DNA of 15,866 nucleotides from a bacterium (GCA_037439545.1 JBBIVV010000046.1:1-15866); one strand, 5' to 3'; counted from the first letter of the stretch, positions 1 to 7,649 are shown. Notes: generated from the letters alone by a model not told the origin. Numbers and translations: made by a program.

Positions 1-46
1 GCCGGCACCATAAAGAAAACCATCGGCGAAGCTGCTTCCGGTACAT
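1..46 (-). CDS. Possible 5' end of a gene running off the left edge (MYRKQLRRWFSLWCR...); ambiguous
   Basis: ATG at 46 has GGAGG 7 nt upstream on the minus strand and a TAAAAT further upstream. An equally possible reading is the 3' end of a plus-strand gene (...AGTIKKTIGEAASGT*, 1..48). Too short to decide. Confidence 0.25.
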   Translation of the reverse strand, partial: MYRKQLRRWFSLWCR

Positions 47-111
47 AAAGCTCCCTCCTCCATGATTTTATCGCACCAGAAGGGGTGATCCCAAAAATGC
101 AATCGGCCGGG

Positions 112-1146
112 TTATGCTTCCACGACAGGCAGTGTCACAAGATAGCTTGAACCGATGCCGAATTCACTGATCACATCCATCTGTCCCGAGTGCGCCTGAA
201 TGAGCCTTTTTGCCGTGAGCACCTCGATGTACAACTGTTCTTCATCTTTAAGGTGTGAGAACGTATGCTTGTCGGTGATGTTTTCAAAGATGGATTCAGC
301 AGTCCCCATACCCGTGTTTGAAATAGCCATAAGCAGATTCGTTCTGCCGTCTATTTTTTCATTGCATATGTCGATACACAGTACATCTTTTGCGTGTCCC
401 TCTTTTACTGCCAGACTGAGCAGGTTTATCAGTCCTTTCGTGAATTTTTCCCTGTCAAGCTTCACCGTGGGATTGGTGTATTTATAAGAGCTGTAAACCA
501 CGAGTCCCTGCTTGTTGGCAAAGGTCTCTATACTCTTTACGCACGATTTGATGACCATGACCGCATCCATGTCCTCGAATTCGAGATTGAGTACACCTGC
601 CGTCAATTGATTGATGTCAAGCAGGGTTTCAAGGGCGTTCATCAGTAATCTGCTCGATTCTTTCGCTTCCTCGGTATAACGGTCATCCGCTTTTAAAATC
701 TGCCTGTTATTAAACAGGTCGTACAGCGTATAAATGGGATCTTTAAGCTCGTTTATCAGCATTGAAGTGAGCTCTGACCTCTGTATCAGCAGATGTTCTT
801 CCACGGTCGTATCGAGCATGTTGAGTATAAATCCCGTATATTTTTCCTCTACCGTTATAGCCGATATACCGAGCTTCATGAATTTATTTTTTTCTTCTAT
901 GTGTACCCTGATGGGCGTATTGGTCTGTTTTACCTTATCTATACACACGGAGATTTTTTCCCAGTTATCCTGGGAAAATATATCTTTGATCGGCGAGCCT
1001 ATAAGCTCTTCCATTTTTTTGCCGAGAAATTTTAACGCTGAAGGATTGCCGTATACGATATTGTATTCCGAGTCCGATATGATAATACCGCTGTCTACGA
1101 AGGTAAGCAGGGTTTTCATTTTTTTAAGCAGGTCTGTTCCCAGCAT
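112..1146 (-). CDS. PAS-domain histidine-kinase-like protein with degenerate catalytic motifs (probable pseudokinase)
   Basis: N-terminal PAS signature (GIIISDSEYNIVYGNPSALKFLG...ELIGSPI...DTT), HisKA-like helix (INELKDP) and HATPase-like C-terminus (NLLSLAVKE, SNTGMG, AKRLIQAHSGQMDVISEFGIGSSYLVTLP). Starts 1 nt after the upstream stop codon. Confidence 0.85.
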   Translation of the reverse strand: MLGTDLLKKMKTLLTFVDSGIIISDSEYNIVYGNPSALKFLGKKMEELIGSPIKDIFSQDNWEKISVCIDKVKQTNTPIRVHIEEKNKFMKLGISAITVEEKYTGFILNMLDTTVEEHLLIQRSELTSMLINELKDPIYTLYDLFNNRQILKADDRYTEEAKESSRLLMNALETLLDINQLTAGVLNLEFEDMDAVMVIKSCVKSIETFANKQGLVVYSSYKYTNPTVKLDREKFTKGLINLLSLAVKEGHAKDVLCIDICNEKIDGRTNLLMAISNTGMGTAESIFENITDKHTFSHLKDEEQLYIEVLTAKRLIQAHSGQMDVISEFGIGSSYLVTLPVVEA

Positions 1147-1147
1147 A

Positions 1148-1759
1148 TCAGAACCCTATAACCCCGAGCCGTGTAAGTTTATAAAATCTTTTCATGACAT
1201 CGAATCTGTCGATGTTGCTGCACATTTGTATGATCTCTTCTATATCGGAATACCCGTCTATCATCGATATGATATAACCGTCAGTTTTACTCAAGTTATA
1301 TTTGATGATATCCTGCTCGTTTATGTTGAGCTTCGGGACCTTCTTAAAGTTGTAAAGCTCTTCGTAGTAGGTTTTGATGAGCTGGGCTTTCACGATAGAA
1401 AAATATGCCGTGAGTTGTTTGTTTGAAGGGTGATCTTTGCCCACCAGATGCTCGAGAAATTCATAGGCAAGCTCATACCGGTGAGATTTTAATAGCTCTT
1501 TTATGTAGTTAATATTTATGAATTCAGTATCCTGGGAATACTGAGTAGGAGCTGCTTTCTGGTCCTGGAAACGCAGAGCTTTTGCTGTTTCCTGCTTCTG
1601 CCTGCCGTACCCTGCCGATTCTATATAATCAAGTGCCTTCTGGTTCTCATGATCTATTTCAAGCACCTTGCGCCACACGGCTATGGCTTCTTCTATCTTG
1701 CCAAAGCCATAAAGTGTCAAACCGTCTTCCAATAATTTCTCTATTTCCCCTATGTTCAT
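1148..1759 (-). CDS. TPR-repeat protein with C-terminal winged-helix-like domain
   Basis: N-terminal TPR (GLTLYGFGKIEEAIAVWRKVLEIDHENQKALDY) and C-terminal LSKTDGYIISMIDGYSDIEEII...KLTRLGVIGF. Its start overlaps the Hsp70 stop codon (ATGA). Confidence 0.8.
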   Translation of the reverse strand: MNIGEIEKLLEDGLTLYGFGKIEEAIAVWRKVLEIDHENQKALDYIESAGYGRQKQETAKALRFQDQKAAPTQYSQDTEFININYIKELLKSHRYELAYEFLEHLVGKDHPSNKQLTAYFSIVKAQLIKTYYEELYNFKKVPKLNINEQDIIKYNLSKTDGYIISMIDGYSDIEEIIQMCSNIDRFDVMKRFYKLTRLGVIGF

Positions 1760-3333
1760 TGCTCTTTAAGCTCCAGCTCGAGGGATACCATCTTTTGCCT
1801 CATTGCGGATACTTCCTCATCGCTCAACCCGCTTTTTGCCTCGAGCGTGACGGTTTGCTCTGTACCGAGGTCTAAATCCCGTGCAGTTACTTTAAGGATC
1901 CCTTCGCTGTTCATATCGAAGCTGACTTCTATATTCGGTTCGCCTTTTTTTGCAGGTCTTACGCCGCTCAGAACAAATTCGCCGAGCAATTCATTGTCCT
2001 TTGCCATGTCTTCGTTCCCCTGGAACACAGCAATCCTCACTGCATCCTGCTTGTCGTAGGTCGTGGTAAATTTGCGCTTTTTTGTGACAGGGATTGCACT
2101 GTTCTGAGGTATAACCTCTGTAAAAACACCTCCCTTTGTCTGTATGCCGAGGGAAAGTGCCGTGATATCCACGAGGATATTGGATGGTAATGGAGATACG
2201 ATGTTATACGCATGTATAGCTGCACCTTCAGCAACGACCTCATCCGGGTTTATGCTTCTGTTAGGCTGTTTATCGAAAAATTCTCCGACCTTCTTCATAA
2301 TGAGCGGTGCCCTTGTCTGCCCGCCGACGAGGATCACTTCATCTATATCGTCCTTTTTGAGCCGGGCACTTTCTATCGCATGACTGCATATATCTATGGT
2401 TTGATCTATCAGGCCTGACATCAATTCTTCGACTTTGCCCCGTGTCAAAACGGTGTTGTAATGGACGGCGCCATGTGTCGTCTCTGTTAAAAAGGGCAGT
2501 GATATTGTTACTTCCGTCTGCACGGATAGTTCAATCTTTGCCAGCTCTACGGCATCTCTCAGCCTTTGCATGGCCATGACATCTTCTTTTAAATCTATCT
2601 TTTGTGCTTTGTTAAAATCTTCGAGAAGATAATTGATAATCAGGTTGTCGATGTCCTGTCCTCCGAGATAGGTGTTCCCTGCTGTAGATAATACCTCGTA
2701 TACACCCTCACCGAGCTCAAGTATCGATATATCGAATGTGCCGCCTCCAAAATCATAGACCGCTATAAGTTCGTTTTTCTGGCCTCTCCTATGTCCGTAT
2801 GCGAGAGCCGATGACGTGGGTTCATTAATGATCCTGAGTACTTTTAGCCCGGCAATATCTGCGGCGTCTATGGTTGCCTGACGCTGGTTCTCATTGAAAT
2901 AAGCGGGCACGGTAATGCATGCACCTTCTATCTCATCTTCAAGGAATTTTTCCGCAACCTTTTTTGCTTCAACGAGGATTGCGGCGCTTACCTCAGATAT
3001 GCTGATGGCGTTCCCTGCGCACATCACCCTTACATCCCCATGGGGACCCGGAACGATTTCATAGGGTACTTTCCCCTTTGCAATCTTTATCTCATTCGAG
3101 TCATATCTCCTTCCGATAAGCCTCTTGGCTGCAAATATGGTATTCTTCGGATTGGTTATGGACTGCCGTTTTGCCCTGACACCGACAAGCGTTTTTTCAT
3201 CCTTTGTAACGGCAAAATAGCTCGGTATAAGCCTGTTGCCCGTCGACGATGAGATCACGAACGGTTTGCCGCTCAACATTGTGGCAACACAGGTATTTGT
3301 GGTGCCAAGATCTATACCTATTGTTTTTCCCAT
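1756..3333 (-). CDS. Hsp70/DnaK-family protein, C-terminally short paralogue (525 aa)
   Basis: Motifs GIDLGTTNT, KRLIGR, TVPAYFN, RIINEPT, DFGGGTFDIS, LVGGQTR and NPDEVVAEGAA; beta substrate-binding domain present; ends soon after SGLSDEEV. Called dnaK-like rather than the housekeeping dnaK. Confidence 0.93.
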   Translation of the reverse strand: MGKTIGIDLGTTNTCVATMLSGKPFVISSSTGNRLIPSYFAVTKDEKTLVGVRAKRQSITNPKNTIFAAKRLIGRRYDSNEIKIAKGKVPYEIVPGPHGDVRVMCAGNAISISEVSAAILVEAKKVAEKFLEDEIEGACITVPAYFNENQRQATIDAADIAGLKVLRIINEPTSSALAYGHRRGQKNELIAVYDFGGGTFDISILELGEGVYEVLSTAGNTYLGGQDIDNLIINYLLEDFNKAQKIDLKEDVMAMQRLRDAVELAKIELSVQTEVTISLPFLTETTHGAVHYNTVLTRGKVEELMSGLIDQTIDICSHAIESARLKKDDIDEVILVGGQTRAPLIMKKVGEFFDKQPNRSINPDEVVAEGAAIHAYNIVSPLPSNILVDITALSLGIQTKGGVFTEVIPQNSAIPVTKKRKFTTTYDKQDAVRIAVFQGNEDMAKDNELLGEFVLSGVRPAKKGEPNIEVSFDMNSEGILKVTARDLDLGTEQTVTLEAKSGLSDEEVSAMRQKMVSLELELKEQ

Positions 3334-3344
3334 TTTACCCCGCT

Positions 3345-3369
3345 AAAAAAGTTCCGCCGGTTACGGCGG
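3345..3369 (-). terminator. Terminator-like hairpin between the J-protein and Hsp70 genes
   Basis: Minus strand reads CCGCCG-TAAC-CGGCGG-AAC-TTTTTT and ends about 11 nt before the Hsp70 ATG. The 3-nt gap before the T run is atypical. Confidence 0.35.
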
Positions 3370-3431
3370 TTATACTATCCTGGATTCTGGACTCATCTTT
3401 AATCATCATAGCCCGTCCCTTTTAACGGGAT

Positions 3432-4556
3432 TTATTTCATCATACCTTTTAATTGTTTCATCTCGGATTTAATATCGTCCGTTTTTACACCGAGGGCCAT
3501 CGTCTGCTCATACTCGACCATCGAACTCTTCAAAAGGCCGACCTTTTTATATATTTTGGCAAGTAAAAGATGGCAATCAGGGTTCTTCGGATCGAGCACG
3601 ATTGCCTGTTGACAATACTTTGCCGCTTCTTTCAAAGATTGGTTGAAGTCATGCATAACGAGTGCAAGCTTATAATAAGCATACTTCTTTTCATCGGTCA
3701 GCTCTAAAGCGGTTTTAAGATAATCTATGGCATCCGCCGGTTTATCGATTCCTATACTCATGTCTGCCTTTTTCAACAGGTCCTCATACCTGTCTCTCTT
3801 CATGTGCGTTTCAGCTTCATTCATCTTGAGAATGAACTCTTTTTTATATGGATTATAAGAATGAGCAAGCTTGAAGTTAAGAAACGCACCCGCATAATCA
3901 TTCTTAAAAAATGCCTCAATGCCTATCTTATAATGTGCCTCCCCTTTTTTTATATTATCTTTTATCTGATTATCTATGGCGGCCTTTTGAGGCTGCTGCA
4001 CGATGACTTGAGCTCCGGCAGGAGCCGGCATTTCTACTTTTGGTATTTCAACCGCAGGAGATGAAACTGTCTTTGCCGGGGCAGTTTTGAGTGGTGCACT
4101 GTTCTTGAGTGTCTCGTATGCCTGCTGGACCTTCTTGTAAATATCCACTAAAAAATGCTTGTCATCCGGAGAGACCGATCTCGCATAGTAACTGTCGGGA
4201 TGAAACATTTTTGTCTTTTCAAAATACGCTTCTTTGATCTGTTCTAAAGGTGCGCCTTCCGGGATACCGAGTATCGTATGAGGGTCTGCATTTTCATAGT
4301 TAAGGTAAAGATCTTTTATGGATTGTTCCTGCGGCTGGTCCTTCGGATGCTCCTGCTTCTCCTGCTGAAATTCAATGACGCGATGTTCTTTCAGCTTTTC
4401 AAGTATTTTTTTTGCAGAAGCAAGGCCAAAGCCTGTCGTTCTTGCGATTTCCTGTACAGATGTTCTGCCGTCTATGAGCGATAAAACAAATTTTTCCTGT
4501 TCCGTTAAGCCTAAGACGGGTTCTGCCCGTTTTATAAGCTTTGGCATAGTCTCCAT
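3432..4556 (-). CDS. Class C J-domain protein: N-terminal winged helix, J domain, C-terminal TPR repeats
   Basis: DPHTILGI...EQIKEAYFEKTKMFHPD...KKVQQAYETL is a J domain with intact HPD. It is followed by a Pro/Ala-rich linker and several TPRs (e.g. AAKYCQQAIVLDPKNPDCHLLLAKIYKKVG). No G/F region or zinc finger. Confidence 0.9.
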   Translation of the reverse strand: METMPKLIKRAEPVLGLTEQEKFVLSLIDGRTSVQEIARTTGFGLASAKKILEKLKEHRVIEFQQEKQEHPKDQPQEQSIKDLYLNYENADPHTILGIPEGAPLEQIKEAYFEKTKMFHPDSYYARSVSPDDKHFLVDIYKKVQQAYETLKNSAPLKTAPAKTVSSPAVEIPKVEMPAPAGAQVIVQQPQKAAIDNQIKDNIKKGEAHYKIGIEAFFKNDYAGAFLNFKLAHSYNPYKKEFILKMNEAETHMKRDRYEDLLKKADMSIGIDKPADAIDYLKTALELTDEKKYAYYKLALVMHDFNQSLKEAAKYCQQAIVLDPKNPDCHLLLAKIYKKVGLLKSSMVEYEQTMALGVKTDDIKSEMKQLKGMMK

Positions 4557-4561
4557 ACCAT

Positions 4562-4591
4562 ATAATATTTATCTCCTCTGTTTTTTGTCAA
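4562..4591 (-). promoter_or_regulatory. Putative sigma70 promoter for the J-protein cluster
   Basis: TTGACA (4591..4586), 18-nt spacer, TATTAT (4567..4562), then 5 nt to the ATG at 4556. Confidence 0.55.
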
Positions 4592-4790
4592 CTAAAAAAG
4601 GAAAAGTTGCAACTACAGCGTTTAAATTTCAACACCCCATTCTTCAGACCTTGCAGTATCTTACCATGGAGCGACTTACAGATAACTTACACATTTCGGA
4701 CATCTCTCATTTTTAAGAGCCCGGGTGTAAGGCGGGTATTGAGGTAACAGCCCCGGTCAATGACAGGCATTTTTGGATCAAACAATTTAG

Positions 4791-4828
4791 TTGAAAACAA
4801 TGGTAATCTCATTGTAGTATACTATAAT
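4791..4828 (+). promoter_or_regulatory. Putative sigma70 promoter and overlapping palindromic operator upstream of the aldehyde dehydrogenase
   Basis: TTGAAA (4791), 18-nt spacer, TAGTAT, with TATAAT at 4823-4828. The near-perfect palindrome ATTGTAGTATACTATAAT spans 4811-4828. Confidence 0.45.
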
Positions 4829-4962
4829 ATTATCGAACACATGTACAGGGTGCGCCGAACACATTTTTTACATGGTAATGAAAGGGATGAATTCCCGGAA
4901 CAATCAAGGGCGCACGACAAACAGACGTTGGCATGTTTTTATAAAATAAAAGGAGGCACGGC

Positions 4963-6456
4963 ATGAAAAAGTACCAGATGTTTATTAACGGCAAATGGGT
5001 AGATGCAAAGTCAGGCAAGACCATGAAGGTAATAAATCCCGGCAATGAGGAGATTGTCGCAGAAGTCCCGGCAGCAGGCGTTGAGGACGTAAAAGACGCG
5101 ATAAAAGCCGCAAGGGATACTTTTGATAGCGGCGTATGGACAAGACTCGAACAAAAAAAGAGATCCGAACTGATGTTGAAAGTCGTTGACGGGCTGATAG
5201 CAAAACAGAGCGAGCTTGCAGAGATTGAATCATTGAGTTCGGGTGCGACCGTACGGAAATCAAGCATGATAGATGCACCCCTTGCTGTCGAACATTTCCG
5301 TCATTTTGCTGAGCTTGCTTACAAAAAAGACCTGTTTGAACCGCTGCCGTGGATTAACTTTCCGTCAATAAGCTGGAATTTTGTCGTCAGAGAGCCTATC
5401 GGCGTTGCCGGCCAGATTGTTCCATGGAATTTCCCGCTCCTTATGGCAGTCTGGAAGATAGCTCCCGCAATAGCAGCGGGCAACTGTGTTATTTTGAAGC
5501 CCGCAAGCTATACGCCTTTAACAGCGCTTGAACTTGCAAAAATCGTCGAAGAGGCGGGCATTCCGTCAGGTGTCGTGAATATCGTAACAGGTTCCGGAGG
5601 TATTGTCGGAGAAGAGCTTGCGACAAATCCGCTCGTTGACAAGGTAGCGCTTACGGGTTCAACATCCGTAGGCAGGCGCGTGATGGAACTCGCATCAAGG
5701 ACCGTCAAGAAGGTGACGCTCGAGCTTGGAGGTAAGTCTGCGAATATTATACTTGCCGATGCAAATATCGATGAAGCAGTCGATGGAGCATTATTCGGCA
5801 CATTCCTGCATTCGGGGCAGGTATGTGAATCGGGCACACGATTACTGGTGGATGAAAAGATATACGATAAATTCATGGACAAGCTGATAGCACGGGCAAA
5901 GGGAATTAAGGTCGGGTATCAGATGGATTATGAAACGACCATGGGACCGCTGGTATCGGCGACACAGCGGGAAACGGTCGAGGGCTACATAAAGACAGGT
6001 CTCGATGAGAATGCAAAGCTCGTGCTCGGAGGCAAGAGGCCGTCACATATGCAGAAAGGGTTTTATGTGGAACCGACGATCTTCGTAGATGTAAAGAACA
6101 GCATGAAGATTGCCCAGGAAGAGATCTTCGGACCTGTCCTGGCAGTCATCAAATTCAAAACAGCAGATGAGGCGATAAAAATCGCCAATGACAACATGTA
6201 CGGACTTGCAGGCGGAGTATGGTCGACAGACATACCGCATGCAATAGAGGTAGCAAAGGCGATCCGGACAGGGACTGTGTGGATCAATGACTACCACCTG
6301 CTCAATGCACTGGCGCCTTTCGGCGGATACAAACAGAGCGGCGTAGGAAGGGAGCTCGGCACGTATGGCTTCGACGAATACACGCAGGTCAAACACATCC
6401 ATGTGGCAGTTGCACCCCGTAAGGCAAAATTCTGGTATGACCTGGTTCTGGATTAG
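4963..6456 (+). CDS. NAD(P)-dependent aldehyde dehydrogenase
   Basis: Motifs PWNFP, KPA, TGST, ELGGKS (catalytic Glu), GQVC (catalytic Cys), EEIFGP and PFGGYKQSG. SD AGGAGG precedes the ATG. Substrate cannot be determined from the sequence. Confidence 0.97.
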   Translation: MKKYQMFINGKWVDAKSGKTMKVINPGNEEIVAEVPAAGVEDVKDAIKAARDTFDSGVWTRLEQKKRSELMLKVVDGLIAKQSELAEIESLSSGATVRKSSMIDAPLAVEHFRHFAELAYKKDLFEPLPWINFPSISWNFVVREPIGVAGQIVPWNFPLLMAVWKIAPAIAAGNCVILKPASYTPLTALELAKIVEEAGIPSGVVNIVTGSGGIVGEELATNPLVDKVALTGSTSVGRRVMELASRTVKKVTLELGGKSANIILADANIDEAVDGALFGTFLHSGQVCESGTRLLVDEKIYDKFMDKLIARAKGIKVGYQMDYETTMGPLVSATQRETVEGYIKTGLDENAKLVLGGKRPSHMQKGFYVEPTIFVDVKNSMKIAQEEIFGPVLAVIKFKTADEAIKIANDNMYGLAGGVWSTDIPHAIEVAKAIRTGTVWINDYHLLNALAPFGGYKQSGVGRELGTYGFDEYTQVKHIHVAVAPRKAKFWYDLVLD

Positions 6457-6467
6457 ATAAATAAATC

Positions 6468-6497
6468 AGGAGAGACGCATAGCAATGCGCCTCTCCT
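6468..6497. repeat. REP-like palindrome
   Basis: AGGAGAGACGCAT-AGCA-ATGCGCCTCTCCT: 13-bp stem with one mismatch, 11 nt after the ALDH stop codon. Confidence 0.65.
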
Positions 6498-6508
6498 TGT
6501 CACCGCAG

Positions 6509-7384
6509 ATGAAAAAACCCATCATAAAGTCCAAGAGTTTGAAGACCGTGGAAGAGCTATCCTTTATGGATAGCGAATCCATCATCTCAGAATCAGAATT
6601 GATGCGGCAGTTAAACGATAAAAAAGGTTACTCGCTTTATCTCGGTGTTTTTACAAAAGACGAGGTGGAAAAAGTCCTCCACAGATCGCACATATGGCAT
6701 GAATTGATCCTCAAGGGGTTTACCAACCTTATACTCGATATAAACACCGATGATCCGCACAGACACATATTAAGGGTATATTTCGATAAGCAGGACAAGG
6801 CCCATATGCTCATCGAAATCATACTGTCTGACAGCATATTCAAGCCTAAGATTAAATATCTGCCTTCCTTCAACTACAGCACGTATAATATGATGACCAT
6901 CGAATGGCTTGTCCTTCAGAACCCGGTTTCACAGTTCAGTCAGGAAAAACCGCAGTTGCCTGACCAGCAATATCCGGGCCTCGGCATAGCGAGGCTGGTG
7001 AGCAATATGCTGGTAGAAGTGGCTTCTTATCTTCAAAAAGACGGCATACTTAATTTTCCGCAGTACTATCATAATGCGGTAATATATTCCGAGATATTTA
7101 AATTCTATAACCCCTACATGCACGGGATCCTGAAGGCACTCGAAAAATCTTTTTCCCGGTACACCCTTGCACAGGCATCTTTCGCCATATCGCTCGGCTG
7201 CGTCAAAAATCTGAGAGACGGCGATTATTTCAAATGGAAAGCAGAAGAGCTGATACTTCCCCTGTCTTTAAATCTCAGACAGTATTTTGAATCGAAGGAG
7301 TATGAAAACATCTTCCGCAATACGATGAAAGATTATTCCTTTGATATCGACATGGTTCTCTACAGGAAAAAGACTACTCATTGA
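6509..7384 (+). CDS. Hypothetical protein with GNAT-like motifs; start uncertain (6485, 6509 or later)
   Basis: Long open frame containing IEWLVLQNP...LPDQQYPGLGIARLV...GILNFPQYYHNAVIY. The ATG at 6485 lies inside the palindrome, so 6509 is preferred. Confidence 0.8.
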   Translation: MKKPIIKSKSLKTVEELSFMDSESIISESELMRQLNDKKGYSLYLGVFTKDEVEKVLHRSHIWHELILKGFTNLILDINTDDPHRHILRVYFDKQDKAHMLIEIILSDSIFKPKIKYLPSFNYSTYNMMTIEWLVLQNPVSQFSQEKPQLPDQQYPGLGIARLVSNMLVEVASYLQKDGILNFPQYYHNAVIYSEIFKFYNPYMHGILKALEKSFSRYTLAQASFAISLGCVKNLRDGDYFKWKAEELILPLSLNLRQYFESKEYENIFRNTMKDYSFDIDMVLYRKKTTH

Positions 7385-7580
7385 TCGCGATTACATTGAA
7401 TGAATCATCGGCAGGATCATATGTCAGGCGGTACTTCTGCTTTCCCGCCTTGTCCTTAAAATTAGAGATGTTGTCGGTATTGCTTTTAGCTTCTTTCATT
7501 ATAAATTTAAGGTAAAAGAGGTTTTCTTCTTTTATGCGCTTCAATTCTTCTAACCCGACCGGGTCGCCTGTTAATTTCAT
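7374..7580 (-). CDS. Small hypothetical protein (68 aa)
   Basis: Purine-rich leader before the ATG, protein-like composition, and it fills the gap downstream of the OmpA gene. Its 3' end overlaps the convergent gene by 11 bp. Confidence 0.7.
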   Translation of the reverse strand: MKLTGDPVGLEELKRIKEENLFYLKFIMKEAKSNTDNISNFKDKAGKQKYRLTYDPADDSFNVIAINE

Positions 7581-7621
7581 CTTTTCTCTCTACTCTGCCG
7601 AATGTGTTACGACATATTTAT

Positions 7622-7649
7622 GCAGGAGCGGTTTACGAACCGCCCCTGC
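7622..7649. repeat. REP-like palindrome / 3' hairpin of the OmpA transcript
   Basis: GCAGGAGCGGTT-TACG-AACCGCCCCTGC: 12-bp stem with one mismatch, which would be a G-U pair in minus-strand RNA. Confidence 0.65.

Noticed and set aside
1756..4556. Canonical dnaK-dnaJ heat-shock operon
   Set aside because: No grpE or hrcA, no CIRCE (TTAGCACTC-N9-GAGTGCTAA) seen upstream, the J-protein lacks the G/F region and zinc finger, and the Hsp70 lacks its lid.
4928..4944. Sigma54 promoter for ALDH (TTGGCATG...)
   Set aside because: The -24 half fits, but the -12 position reads TA instead of GC.
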